Shown here: piece by piece, positions 40,197 to 50,972 of the stretch
Layout: each line of letters begins with the position of its first letter
Numbering within the stretch: the stretch's first letter is position 1
Origin: an uncultured candidate division Zixibacteria bacterium
GTDB lineage: Bacteria; Zixibacteria; MSB-5A5; GN15; FEB-12
Length of the DNA: 64,000 nucleotides
Assembly: GCA_963735035.1 (NCBI GenBank)
Contig: CAVTJJ010000004.1
Location: forward strand, 128,001-192,000
Direction of reading: 5' to 3'
Notes under the pieces: generated by a model
What the model was told of the DNA's origin: nothing
Seen by the model: only the letters and a program-made list of their open reading frames with translations
Databases searched by the model: none
Program-made: the position numbers and the translations under genes

Positions 40197-42377
40197 ATGC
40201 TCGGAGTAATTGGCAATCGCTTTTCCATCGGCAAGGAGACCTATCTCCCATTTTCAGCCGAACTTCACTACTTCAGGATCGACAAAAGGTACTGGTCGAT
40301 CTGTTTTGAACGCATTCGTCGCGCCGGCTTCAGAATTATTGCGACCGCCGTTCCGTGGAACATCCACCAGGACTCGTCAAAACATATCGACTTCTCCGGC
40401 TACGATGACCCCCGGAAAGATCTGATCGTTTTTCTCGAACTCGCCCGAGAATTCGGATTCAAGGTAATTCTTCGTCCGGGCCCAATGGTTCACGGACAAC
40501 TGCCGTACGCCGGGTTGCCGCGGACGCTGTTCTCGGACATCAAGGTCTTTGCTCGTGACGCCGCTGGGGCGGAAGTGATCCTGCCTGACAGCTATGGCGT
40601 CAAGGGCGGATTCCTGCCGTCGTATCTTCACAGCAATTTCCAGTTCCATCTCCGCAGCTATTTCAAGGCCTTCATCGAGACCACGAAAAATTATGTTCAC
40701 CCGCGCGGACCGGTCTTCATGGTTGAACTGGATTATGAGACGTCGTTCGGGCGGATGCTTCGTCCCGACGCCGCTGACTATAACCCGGACGTTGTCGCCG
40801 AGTACTATCCGGAATTTCTTCGTACCCGCTATGACGACATCAAGAAGCTGAATGCGGCCTATCGTGAAAAGCACGAGGATTTCGATACGGTCGAACCCCC
40901 GCGCAAATTCGACGACCTGGACGCTAAGACATACCCGAAGGCGCTGGATTGGTTCCGCTTCCGCGAGTTCATGCTCAATGAGTATCTTAGCGTACTTGAA
41001 GATACTTTTGCGTCGTATACGGTCGAGCCGCTCTTGTTCCGCTCGCTCTATTTCAAGCCGGGCGATCTACTGCCGGCGTTCAACCTGGTCCCGGAGGATC
41101 GTTCACCGTTCCTCGGCGCCAATATTTTCCCCGAGGGAAGCTATTTCGATCTGGCCAACAAGGCTCGCTATCTGAAGGCCGAGTATGGTTTCGCCTTTGC
41201 CTCGTCGTTTTCGTCCGGGGCTGCGGCTGCCGATCCGAAACGCGAGGAAGAAATCGCCCCAATCGGCAGCAATGTGCGTCGCTTCTATCTGGCCGCAGGT
41301 CTGGCGGCCGGCCTCAAGGGCATGAATCACTACATGTTCGTGGATCGTGACTACTGGTACAGTGCGCCGCTTCGTCGCGACGGCACAGTCACCGAAGCTT
41401 ACGATGTCGTCAAGAACTTCAACGAAGGTATTGAGACGGTCGACTTCGACGATCTCGCTGCGACCCCGTCGCTGGCGATTGTTGCTCAAAGGCTGTACTA
41501 CTGGATGCGCGAAACCGGCACCAGGAAGGATTTCGAGTACTTGCCGCGGCTGCTGAACGACACGATGTCGGGATTCTGTCGTGACCTTACGCGCTTGAGG
41601 CTGGACTACGGCGTCCGCGAGAATCGTGATTACACCAGCATGAAGCAGTACCAGACGATCTTCGTGCCCTCGTGCGAAGTCATGGCCGAGAGAGACCAGG
41701 AAGCGCTCGTGGAGCTCGCCAAAGCCGGGGTAACGATTATTATGTGTGGGCTGATGCCCAAGTTCAATGAAGAATTCCATGACTGTCAGGTCCTGGCAAA
41801 ACATTTTCGCATCCACACCACTCTCGATCACCGCGTGGCCTCCATCACGCACAAGGGTGGCGAATTCGTGGCCTACACCTATGGCAGCATCAAGACCACG
41901 GATGAACGGGCGAAGAAACTGGCCAAGACTGACGGTAAAGTCGTGGCGGTTTGCAGCACGCGGTTCAAGGGAAGTCTGTATTTCCTTACCTTCGACGTCG
42001 CCTCGGGTGGCGACCATAACAAGCTGGCGTTTGTAGCCTCGCTCATGGAGTCCACCGGTAACAAATCATGTCTCTACTGCAGTGATCCGTCGGTGAATCT
42101 CTCCCTGCAGATGGGACCCAAGAAGGGATTGTTGTTCGTGGTGGCGCCTCCGGCGGGACAGCTTTCGGACGGGCTCGAAGCCGAGCGCAAGGAAGTTATC
42201 ATCCAGGTCGATCTGAAACAGGCCGGATTCAGTTCGGCCAATCTGAAATTAACCAATATTCTGGAGAACGCGGAAACGGTCGTGCCGATCAAGACTTCGG
42301 CCAAGGAACTCAAGGCCGGCTTTGTACTTCCGGTGCAGTTCCCCGACGGGATGATATTCCGCGTCGAAAAGACCTGA
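40197..42377 (+). CDS. Beta-galactosidase-like protein (GH35/GH42-type barrel plus trimerisation-like domain)
   Basis: SAELHYFRI..W, VPWNIHQ, VILRPGP, GPVFMVELDYE and NHYMF follow the GH35 motif order. Confidence 0.75.
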   Translation: MLGVIGNRFSIGKETYLPFSAELHYFRIDKRYWSICFERIRRAGFRIIATAVPWNIHQDSSKHIDFSGYDDPRKDLIVFLELAREFGFKVILRPGPMVHGQLPYAGLPRTLFSDIKVFARDAAGAEVILPDSYGVKGGFLPSYLHSNFQFHLRSYFKAFIETTKNYVHPRGPVFMVELDYETSFGRMLRPDAADYNPDVVAEYYPEFLRTRYDDIKKLNAAYREKHEDFDTVEPPRKFDDLDAKTYPKALDWFRFREFMLNEYLSVLEDTFASYTVEPLLFRSLYFKPGDLLPAFNLVPEDRSPFLGANIFPEGSYFDLANKARYLKAEYGFAFASSFSSGAAAADPKREEEIAPIGSNVRRFYLAAGLAAGLKGMNHYMFVDRDYWYSAPLRRDGTVTEAYDVVKNFNEGIETVDFDDLAATPSLAIVAQRLYYWMRETGTRKDFEYLPRLLNDTMSGFCRDLTRLRLDYGVRENRDYTSMKQYQTIFVPSCEVMAERDQEALVELAKAGVTIIMCGLMPKFNEEFHDCQVLAKHFRIHTTLDHRVASITHKGGEFVAYTYGSIKTTDERAKKLAKTDGKVVAVCSTRFKGSLYFLTFDVASGGDHNKLAFVASLMESTGNKSCLYCSDPSVNLSLQMGPKKGLLFVVAPPAGQLSDGLEAERKEVIIQVDLKQAGFSSANLKLTNILENAETVVPIKTSAKELKAGFVLPVQFPDGMIFRVEKT

Positions 42378-42399
42378 TCCAATCCGATCCACGGCGGTT

Positions 42400-44127
42400 A
42401 TGACACGGCGAATGATTCGAACCCGACTCGCTGCTGCAGTTGCTCTGACAGCGGCGCTGCTCTTGATCGCCGGCGCCTGCGGGAAAGTGGGCGTGACTCG
42501 TTTCTATCAGCGCGGCGTGGTGGCTACCGTGTCGCCGATAGCTTCCGAAGTCGGCCGCGACATCATTGAGCACGGCGGGAATGCCTTCGACGCGGCGGTG
42601 GCGGTCGCGTTCACTCTGGCTGTCACGTATCCTCAGGCGGGAAATATTGGTGGCGGAGGTTTCGCGCTGGTCCGCGAGGGCGCCGACAGCTCTATCATGG
42701 CGCTCGATTTCCGCGAGATTGCTCCCTCGGCGGCTTCGCAGAATATGTACCTGGATTCTTCGGGGAATGTCGTTCCGAATCTTTCCACCCACGGTTCTCT
42801 GTCTTCGGGAGTTCCCGGATCGGTGGCCGGCTTGCACGCATTGTGGCAAAAGCATGGCACGATGAAATGGACCGATCTCGTCACCCCGGCCGCCAAACTC
42901 GCCGACACCGGTTTCATCATCGACAAACAGATGGCGGCAGACCTGACAGAGTACAAGGAAGTCCTGATAGATTTCGAGGAAACGCGAAACATCTTTGCGC
43001 CGGGTGGGGAAGTTCCCTCGGAAGGGGCAAGACTGTTGCAGCCGGACCTGGCCCGAAGTCTCTATTCAATCGCGGCAGAAGGGCCGGCCGCTTTCTACAC
43101 CGGAATCATTGCCGACAGCCTCATTGCCTGCATGCAAAAGTATGGGGGGCTCATCACTTATTCCGATCTGGAGCATTATATCCCGGTCTGGCGCGAGCCG
43201 ATCCATTTCAAATTTGATTCGCTCGACATCTATACCATGCCGCCACCCAGTTCGGGAGGCGTTGCCGTGGGGCAGATTCTCAAATTGCTCGAACCTTATA
43301 ATCTTTCCCAGTACACGGCCGAATCTCCGGAATACATTCAACTATTCTGTGAAGCATCGCGGCTCGCCTTTGCCGACCGCTCGGAATATCTCGGTGATCC
43401 GGCCTTCTACAAGATCCCATCTGCTCTGCTGGATTCCGCCTACCTGGCTGAACGTCGCGTCGAAATTCCGATCGATCATGCCGGCAGTTCCAGCGATGTT
43501 GGTCCGGGAAACCCGCTCAAGTACGAATCCGATGCCACCACCCACTTTTCCATATGCGACAACGACGGCAACATGGTGGCGATTACGACAACCATCAACA
43601 CGATGTTCGGTTCGGGCGTGACTGTCGGGGGCGCGGGCTTTCTGCTCAACAACGAGATGGACGACTTTTCCATAAAGGCGGGATTTGCCAATACGTTTGG
43701 ACTGGTGGGCGGCGAAGCCAATGCGGTGGCGCCGGGCAAGCGGATGTTGTCGTCGATGGCTCCCACGTTGATCTTGAAAGAGGGGCGACCCTTCATGATC
43801 CTGGGTTCGCCCGGCGGTTCGAAAATTATCACGACGGTCGCACAGGCGATTATCAACTTCACCCGGTTTGGTCTGTCACTGGATGAAACTGCGGTGCGGC
43901 CTCGTTTCCACCACCAGTGGTTGCCTGATGTTGTCTACCTCGAAAAAGGCGGCTACGATGTGGCTACCATGCAGCGTTTGATCCGATATGGATATCAGAT
44001 CGAGGAACGCCCCAGGTATGGCGACCTGGAATTGATCTACGTGAATCCGGGCGGGATGATGACGGGGGCTTCCGACAATCGGAACGGCGGACGTTCGCTT
44101 GGGTGCAATCAACCGCTCATGAAGTAG
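42400..44127 (+). CDS. ggt: Gamma-glutamyltransferase
   Basis: GGNAFDAAVA, GNIGGGGF, DFREIAP, autoproteolysis TTH, LNNEMDDFS, PGKRMLSSM, GSPGGSKII. Confidence 0.95.
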   Translation: MTRRMIRTRLAAAVALTAALLLIAGACGKVGVTRFYQRGVVATVSPIASEVGRDIIEHGGNAFDAAVAVAFTLAVTYPQAGNIGGGGFALVREGADSSIMALDFREIAPSAASQNMYLDSSGNVVPNLSTHGSLSSGVPGSVAGLHALWQKHGTMKWTDLVTPAAKLADTGFIIDKQMAADLTEYKEVLIDFEETRNIFAPGGEVPSEGARLLQPDLARSLYSIAAEGPAAFYTGIIADSLIACMQKYGGLITYSDLEHYIPVWREPIHFKFDSLDIYTMPPPSSGGVAVGQILKLLEPYNLSQYTAESPEYIQLFCEASRLAFADRSEYLGDPAFYKIPSALLDSAYLAERRVEIPIDHAGSSSDVGPGNPLKYESDATTHFSICDNDGNMVAITTTINTMFGSGVTVGGAGFLLNNEMDDFSIKAGFANTFGLVGGEANAVAPGKRMLSSMAPTLILKEGRPFMILGSPGGSKIITTVAQAIINFTRFGLSLDETAVRPRFHHQWLPDVVYLEKGGYDVATMQRLIRYGYQIEERPRYGDLELIYVNPGGMMTGASDNRNGGRSLGCNQPLMK

Positions 44128-44153
44128 CGGGGGTGTGACCTGACGCGTAGCGG

Positions 44154-45406
44154 CTACTCCGCGCTCTCGGTCGTGCCGGAGTGCGACAAGTGCTTACGGC
44201 AATTGTGAACGCCCAGAATAATCGCACCCGCACCTACTAGCATCGTCAGAATCAATACGACCGTACCAACGTACGGTAAGGCAGCCCCGCACTCACCAGC
44301 ACCAATCCCAGCAGCAGCGCCCAGCGATTGAGCGGTTTGATACCGGGACGCATCGGCTTTAGGACCAGATAGCCTATCACCAGACCAACGATGATCTTGC
44401 CGGTGTACAAGATAACCGCGCCTGAGACGGTGACGAAGCTGGCGATGGGGATCAGGAGAATCGAGACGACCAGCAGCACCACCCCTACCAGAGCCAAATC
44501 GCCGGAAAGCAGAATATTACCGGCCAGAGTGCCTATCAACGAAAGTACCAGTACCAATATCGCTACCAGGAGTGCTAATGCCCCCGCTAGACCGGCGGCG
44601 ATCGTGACCGTCGAGCGCCTGGTCAACTGTTCAATCGACTCTTCCGCATACCCCTTGAACAGGCTGATCATGATTATGCCGAAGAAGAACGCCGCGAACA
44701 GGCTGGCTATCCGATAGGCAATTGTGCTGAGGATACCGGTGTCTTCATCCTTCTTTTCCAGTTCGGGAGGTTCCCACGTGGTAGCGCCAATGATCGTGAC
44801 GCCCGGTTCGATGGTGAGTTGATCCTTCTCATCCGTGCGGTACACCAAGCTGCCGCGGATCACCGCCGGCGGCGAGACGGTTATCTTATCGCCTTTGAGA
44901 ATGACATCGCCGCCAATCTGACCCGTAACGCGAATGGTGCCGGCCGCGCAGAAGACTTTGCCCAGAACGGTGCCGTCGAGATCGATCTCGCCGCCGGTTA
45001 CGGTAACGTCTTTCTCAACGACTGAACCCGGGCTGATGATAATTCGTGACCCGAGCGCGAGAACCGATCCCCCTACCCGACCGCTCACCGACAAGCGGTC
45101 GCCGAAAAACCGCAATGAGCCGTTGACTGAGCCGGCCTGTTCCGCATACCGCGCCGCCAGATTAGCGGAACCACGAACGTTGCCTTTGATATTCACCTGA
45201 TTGCTTATAGAGACGAGGTCACCCGTGATGGTGCCATCCATACGAGCGTCATCGCCGACAATATAGAAATCGTCCGCTATCTCGTGCAGCGGCGAGATAT
45301 GGACCGTCTTCCCGGACTGATAAGTTGTAGCCGTAACAGGAGCGACGATCAGGAGAACAAGGGCTCCAAGGAATCCAGCCAAGTTCAAAACACACCTGTT
45401 TCTCAT
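44154..45406 (-). CDS. Bactofilin-like beta-helix repeat membrane protein, with a frameshift near the C-terminus
   Basis: Signal peptide, repeated G.V.GD/G.V.GS motifs, multiple TM helices. A frame change at the G run ~44286 restores ALPYVGTVVLILTMLVGAGAIILG...AE-stop at 44154. Confidence 0.7.
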
Positions 45407-45828
45407 CTTATCTGCTCCAGACGTGGGGGTGCCTGATTTACGCGTGATCGCGCCTCAAAGTTGCTGTCCGACAGGCGAAAAGGCAAACCTAAAAAAGTCC
45501 TGAATATTAGAGTAACTTGCCGTTACGGTCGTTCGATCCTGGTGGCAAGTCCTGAGAGTCAGCGAGTAATCCCGGGGATTCACGTCTGCAACGGCAAACG
45601 GTGCATTGGGTTACCGGATCATTTTCCTGAAGATAGCCTGATCATAACTGGATCTCCGTTCCGATGCTTGTCGCCTGAAGGCTGACCATCTGGCCCCACT
45701 CCCGAAGTCAACGTGCAAGTATTTGTCGCTTCAGCGGCAGTTGACGCCCCGACTCTCTCATAATCCGTTAAGCCGCAATCGATAGTGCCGATTATAGCCG
45801 ATATACGGACCAAAGTCCGGCACCACTT

Positions 45829-47388
45829 ATGAATCTGTTTCTGGATCGCAACCGCACGCTGCTGCCCAGGATCGACGTTGTCTTCCTGATGACCAGGATT
45901 ATGACGTTCGTCTCGGTGCTCTGGTTTGCCTTTTTCGGCGACCACCCTGCGGCCGACGCCATGTTCTTCTACATAGTGGTGGGCTCTTATGCCCTGCTGA
46001 TCGGGCTGTTCCTGGCAGGGATGTACGGTCGCTTCGATCTCAAGCTGGCCTATCTCGGTTCGATTGTCTACGACATCATCTTCCTGCCCGTATTCATCTG
46101 GTTTACCGGAGGCATGGATTCCAGCATCTACCTCTACTTCTTCTTAACTATCGCGGTGGCGGCCTACGTATTAGTGTTCCCAGCGGCGCTGGTAGTCGCT
46201 GTGCTGCTGACTGCGCCGTATGTCGCCCTGGCAATAGTTCAACTCCAGACGGCAGACTTGTTTGGTTTTTCAGTACGGCTGGGGCTGATGTGGATATTCT
46301 TCCTGGCTCTCGCCTATGTTTCCGAATACATGCGCAAGTCGGAACGCCGCCTGATGAAGCTGTTCAACACGCTCAACCTGCGCACGTCGGAACTGGAAAA
46401 GTCACAGGCGCAGTTGGAAATGATCTACGAGAACACCCGCGTCCTGGCGGCGATTCTCGAGCCGGACGATGTCGTGCGTGAAGTTATGCGCATCATGGGA
46501 TCGACCCTGGGGCATTCGACCTATGTCATGATCCTGAAGAATGTCAGTGGCCACTACTATTACCGCGCTCGTTGTATCAACGGCCGCACGACCTATAGCC
46601 TGCGTGAACTTTCGCTGACCAAGAACCAATTGCTGATGCGCTCCGCCCACGCCCAGGAAGTAGTGAGGGTGAACGATACGACCACCCGCGAAGATTATGA
46701 AACGCTGACTCCTGAAACTCGCTCGGCGATAGTCATCCCAATGACCTTCCACGGCCATGCCACCGGCCTTCTGATAGCCGAATCGAACGAGCTCGGGTTC
46801 TTCAGTCAGCGCGACGAGCAGCTTCTGGCGGTAGTAGCCCGTTCGGCCGGTCTGGCGCTCGAAAACGCCGAATTGTTGAAACGGACCGAGGAGCTGACTA
46901 TTCTGGACGAACTGACGGAGTCGTACAACTACCGCTACTTCATACAGAAATTCCAGGAAGAAAAGCGACGGGCGGTGCGCTACCATCTACCGCTGTCAAT
47001 CATCATGATCGACATCGATTGGTTCAAGAAGCTCAACGACGGCTATGGGCACGAAGCAGGCAACGTTGTCCTGCGCCAACTGGCCCGCGTGACCAAAGAG
47101 TGTATTCGCGACGTGGATATATTCGCCCGTTACGGTGGTGAAGAATTTGTGGTAATCCTGCCACAGACCCCGCTTCCGGAAGCGCGACGTATCGGCGAGC
47201 GTATCCGTACCCAGGTGGAGCAGACCATCATCGATACCGGAACGACCGGTAAAGTCAAGATCACGGTCTCGCTCGGTGTCAGCTCCTACCCTGAAAACGG
47301 ACGTTCCGAGGAAGAATTGGTCAGTGTTGCCGACCAGGCGCTGTATAAAGCCAAAGGAAGCGGTAAGAATCTGGTGTGCGTGTCATAG
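45829..47388 (+). CDS. Membrane-bound GAF-GGDEF diguanylate cyclase
   Basis: N-terminal TM helices, GAF domain, DIDWFKKLND, RDVD I-site, RYGGEEF active site. Confidence 0.92.
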   Translation: MNLFLDRNRTLLPRIDVVFLMTRIMTFVSVLWFAFFGDHPAADAMFFYIVVGSYALLIGLFLAGMYGRFDLKLAYLGSIVYDIIFLPVFIWFTGGMDSSIYLYFFLTIAVAAYVLVFPAALVVAVLLTAPYVALAIVQLQTADLFGFSVRLGLMWIFFLALAYVSEYMRKSERRLMKLFNTLNLRTSELEKSQAQLEMIYENTRVLAAILEPDDVVREVMRIMGSTLGHSTYVMILKNVSGHYYYRARCINGRTTYSLRELSLTKNQLLMRSAHAQEVVRVNDTTTREDYETLTPETRSAIVIPMTFHGHATGLLIAESNELGFFSQRDEQLLAVVARSAGLALENAELLKRTEELTILDELTESYNYRYFIQKFQEEKRRAVRYHLPLSIIMIDIDWFKKLNDGYGHEAGNVVLRQLARVTKECIRDVDIFARYGGEEFVVILPQTPLPEARRIGERIRTQVEQTIIDTGTTGKVKITVSLGVSSYPENGRSEEELVSVADQALYKAKGSGKNLVCVS

Positions 47389-47437
47389 AAAATGAGATAC
47401 CTTGGTCATAAGAGGGCCGCTTAGTCGGCACACTGTT

Positions 47438-48433
47438 ATGGAGAATATTCTTAAGCGAATCGGACAGCTATTTGTTCTCGGCTTTGCCGGCCGGGAGCCG
47501 TCGAAAGAGTTCCTTGATTTTGTCTGTGAGGAACAGATCGGCGGCGTGATTCTGTTTGAGGAAAATTGCCCCACCCATTCAGTGGCGCGCCAGAACATTC
47601 GCCGGATAGTCGAACGAATCGAAATTCCGCCTTTCGTGGCGATCGATCAGGAAGGCGGGCGCGTCTGCCGACTCCGGGGAGCCCCGGCCGAGTACAAAGC
47701 GGCGGCCGAGTACGGCCACAACAACAGCCTGGAGCATTTCCGCGAGGATTATCGCCGTTCGGTTGTTCTGATGTCATCGCTCGGTATCAATCTCAATCTG
47801 GCTCCGGTAGCCGATCTGTTCCTGAACGAAGAGAATAAGTGCCTTGAGGGACGCTGTTTCGGAAACGACCCGGCCAGGGTGTCGGAGTTTGTCAAGGCTT
47901 CGGTGGCAGTGGCCCACAGTCAGGGCCTGCTCTGCTGTCTCAAACATTTCCCCGGCCTCGGTGCAGCGTCGATCGATCCGCACGTGGCCACGGCCACCGC
48001 GACTTACGATCAAATGGTCTGGCAGCAACGCGAGCGAGTTCCGTTCGCAGCGGGAATCGAAGCCGGCGCCGACCTGATCATGAGCACGCATATGGTCGCG
48101 GAGAGATTCGATCAGAACGTAGTCACCGGCTCACACGAAATTATCACCAATCTGGTGCGTGAGAATCTCAACTTCGACGGACCTGTGATCACCGACGACC
48201 TGTCGATGAAGGGCGCCGATGTTCTGGGTGACTATGGTCAAAAAGCGGTGGCGGCGTTCAACGCGGGTCATGATTTGCTAATGTTCTGCCATAATTTCGA
48301 AGACACGGTCGAGGCCTTCGAATATTTCGTTGGCGCGGTTCGGGCCGGTGAAGTAACTGAAGCACGAATACAACTCGCCCTGGAGCGCGTATCCGGCGTC
48401 AAACTCAAGCTGGGACGGCCGGTGTTGCGCTGA
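47438..48433 (+). CDS. nagZ: Beta-N-acetylhexosaminidase (GH3)
   Basis: IDQEGGRVCR, NLAPVAD, KHFPGLG....DPH, ITDDLSM; adjacent to anmK. Confidence 0.88.
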   Translation: MENILKRIGQLFVLGFAGREPSKEFLDFVCEEQIGGVILFEENCPTHSVARQNIRRIVERIEIPPFVAIDQEGGRVCRLRGAPAEYKAAAEYGHNNSLEHFREDYRRSVVLMSSLGINLNLAPVADLFLNEENKCLEGRCFGNDPARVSEFVKASVAVAHSQGLLCCLKHFPGLGAASIDPHVATATATYDQMVWQQRERVPFAAGIEAGADLIMSTHMVAERFDQNVVTGSHEIITNLVRENLNFDGPVITDDLSMKGADVLGDYGQKAVAAFNAGHDLLMFCHNFEDTVEAFEYFVGAVRAGEVTEARIQLALERVSGVKLKLGRPVLR

Positions 48434-48434
48434 C

Positions 48435-49637
48435 ATGAATCTAATTCAGCCCCTAAACAAGAAACGGCTGACCGTTCTCGGCCTCAATTCGGGAACTTCG
48501 GCCGACGGTCTCGATCTCGCGGTCGTGCGAATCGAACGTTCCGCGCGTGGATGCCGGATTGTCCAGCTCGGCGGCGCGCGGAAAGCATATCCGTCATCTC
48601 TCAGACAAGCCGTGCTTTCTCTGGCCGATACGCCGTCAGTGTCACCCGATGACATCATCTTCCTCGATCAGGCGCTGGGGCAATTCTACGGTCGGGCGGC
48701 GGCATCATTCATCCGCCGACAAGAGAGCGCCGGAATCCGTATAGACCTGGTAGCATCCCACGGGCAGACTGTCCGTCACTTGCCTTCAAGAACGAAATTT
48801 GTCGGATACTTCGTAAACGGCACGCTGCAACTTGGAGCGCCGGAACAAATAGCCGCTCACACCGGACGTTTAGTAGTGGCCGATTTCCGCCAGGCCGATG
48901 TGGCCCTCGGCAATGAGGGTGCACCAATTACTACACCCGCCATGCAGCGCCTGTTTTCGTCTTCGAAAGAATCCCGACTGATAGTCAACATCGGTGGCAT
49001 GTCGAATTACTTCTACTTTCCTTCGGGTCGATCAAAGCTATCAACCCGTGCCGCAGACTGCGGGCCCGGCAATAGCCTTAGTGATCTTCTGGCGAAGAAA
49101 TTATTCGGTGTACCGTATGATCGCGGGGGAAAGTTCGCTTTGGTCGGAGAAGTCAGTCAGCGCCTGCTCATGTTATTGCTGGCTGAGCCGTTCTTCCAGG
49201 GTGGGAACACCTCCACCGGGCGCGAAGCGTTCGGTCGTGAGTTGAGCGATCGTATTGTCGCCAATGCTAAGAAGCTCCGTCTATCCAATTACGAAACAAT
49301 TGCAACTGCGGCAGAACTAACTGTGGCCGCCATCGCGACCAGTGTAAACTCAATTCTTGATAGCGATCATACCCTCAGGAATTTGTATTTGACCGGCGGT
49401 GGCGTGCACAACAGATTCTTCGTGCGCCGACTGCGCCAATTGTTTGATGGCCTCGAAGTCTCTTCTATCCGCGAGCTCGGCTTTGATCCCGGTTTGGTCG
49501 AGGCATCGTCTTATGCCGTCCTCGGCGAAGCGGCCTTGCGAGGCGAAGGGCTGCCCACCGGCCGTTCGGGCGGCACTGGCAAGAAGCGACAGGCTGTGCT
49601 CGGGCGCATCGTGCAGCCCCCGCAGGAGATCGCGTAA
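48435..49637 (+). CDS. anmK: Anhydro-N-acetylmuramic acid kinase
   Basis: GLNSGTSADGLD, SHGQTVRH, DFRQADVALGNEGAP, NIGGMSN, DCGPGN, STGREAFG. Confidence 0.93.
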   Translation: MNLIQPLNKKRLTVLGLNSGTSADGLDLAVVRIERSARGCRIVQLGGARKAYPSSLRQAVLSLADTPSVSPDDIIFLDQALGQFYGRAAASFIRRQESAGIRIDLVASHGQTVRHLPSRTKFVGYFVNGTLQLGAPEQIAAHTGRLVVADFRQADVALGNEGAPITTPAMQRLFSSSKESRLIVNIGGMSNYFYFPSGRSKLSTRAADCGPGNSLSDLLAKKLFGVPYDRGGKFALVGEVSQRLLMLLLAEPFFQGGNTSTGREAFGRELSDRIVANAKKLRLSNYETIATAAELTVAAIATSVNSILDSDHTLRNLYLTGGGVHNRFFVRRLRQLFDGLEVSSIRELGFDPGLVEASSYAVLGEAALRGEGLPTGRSGGTGKKRQAVLGRIVQPPQEIA

Positions 49638-49655
49638 CTGTTCATGGAAGAACCA

Positions 49656-50927
49656 ATGAAGTTATCATTTCGACGTATCGTCAGCCTATTCGTTCGCATC
49701 TCATGCGGTCTGATGCTCTTAGTTCTTCTCTGGAGCTGCGGCACCGTGCCCGGCTTGCAGGAAGAATCCCTCGATTCCGTCATCCGCGTTCCGTTTGTTC
49801 GCGTCTTGCTCGATGAAAAGGCGGTGGGAGTAGAGGCCGGGGCCGACGGTTCCTTTGCGATCGAATGTCTACATTCAGGCCAACAGGAAGTTTTCTATTC
49901 CAGCCAGCCGGTCACAATTCAGACGATAAGATCTCTGCTGACTGTCAACAACGCGCGTGGGGAGGAGATCCAGAGCGGTCTCGACGAAATCAATATCATT
50001 CCCCGTGGTTCTGGCAACCGGGTTAGGTTCGGTGAACGGAAGTACCGTGGGCTGCTTCGGTTCTTGCCGCGCGGTGAAGTTGTACGAATCATCAATGTTG
50101 TTTACCTTGAAGACTACCTTCGCGGGGTCGTTCCCCCGGAAATTGGCCTGAGAGTGGAGACCGAGCTAGAGGCTGTCAAGGCCCAGGCGGTCGCCGCGCG
50201 AACCTATGCGATGGGTCACCTCAAACAGTACGAGGGAGAACCGTTCGACGTCAAAGGCAGCATCATGGATCAGGTCTATGAAGGCTTCACCGGCGAGAAC
50301 GCTCTTTCCAACAAAGCTGTCGACCTGACCGCCGGCCGCGTGGCCATGTACAAAGACGATCTGATCGACGCCTATTTTCATTCCACCTGCGGCGGTCGAA
50401 CGGATGACATCGCAGACGTGTGGGATCGCAAGGATGTGCCTTATCTCAAATCAGTCGATGATCAAGCGGCTTGCTCCTGGTCGAAATATTACACCTGGCA
50501 GGAAACGTTCACCGAGCAGCAGGTACGCGGCAGAGTCGAGCAGTATCTGTCGTCGGATCGGGGCCGTGACCTGAGAATCGGGACGGTGACCGACGTCACC
50601 GTGGCGGAACGCACGGCCGGGGGCCGGGTACGACGTCTGCTGGTGCGCACCGATCTCGATGTTTTCAAATTCGAGAAAGACCGCATCCGTTGGGTGTTTG
50701 GACGGGCTTCCAACCCCGACCTGATTCTCCCGTCGGATCGCTTTGATGTCGAAATTCAGCGGGACTCAGCCAACAATGCCGTGTCGATCATTCTTCACGG
50801 CCAGGGGTATGGCCACGGGGTCGGGATGTGCCAGTGCGGGGCGATCGGACATTCCCGCGACGGCTGGACCTATGACCGCATTCTCAAGCTCTACTACACC
50901 AACGTGGACATCAAGAAACTGTACTAG
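49656..50927 (+). CDS. SpoIID/LytB family lytic transglycosylase, lipoprotein
   Basis: Lipobox LWSC; LEDYLRGVVPPE, EAVKAQAVAARTYA, DQVYEG, FHSTCGG, GYGHGVGMCQCGA, ILKLYY. Confidence 0.92.
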   Translation: MKLSFRRIVSLFVRISCGLMLLVLLWSCGTVPGLQEESLDSVIRVPFVRVLLDEKAVGVEAGADGSFAIECLHSGQQEVFYSSQPVTIQTIRSLLTVNNARGEEIQSGLDEINIIPRGSGNRVRFGERKYRGLLRFLPRGEVVRIINVVYLEDYLRGVVPPEIGLRVETELEAVKAQAVAARTYAMGHLKQYEGEPFDVKGSIMDQVYEGFTGENALSNKAVDLTAGRVAMYKDDLIDAYFHSTCGGRTDDIADVWDRKDVPYLKSVDDQAACSWSKYYTWQETFTEQQVRGRVEQYLSSDRGRDLRIGTVTDVTVAERTAGGRVRRLLVRTDLDVFKFEKDRIRWVFGRASNPDLILPSDRFDVEIQRDSANNAVSIILHGQGYGHGVGMCQCGAIGHSRDGWTYDRILKLYYTNVDIKKLY

Positions 50928-50972
50928 TTGTTTAAGATTGCTTTGGGGGCGACCTTGTTGCACCGTAGACGG

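Noticed and set aside
45470..45720. AAGGCAAACC upstream of the diguanylate cyclase as a c-di-GMP-I riboswitch, or the intergenic region as 6S RNA
   Set aside because: The GAAA tetraloop stem and GACGCAAAG segment are absent, and no long 6S-like hairpin could be supported.
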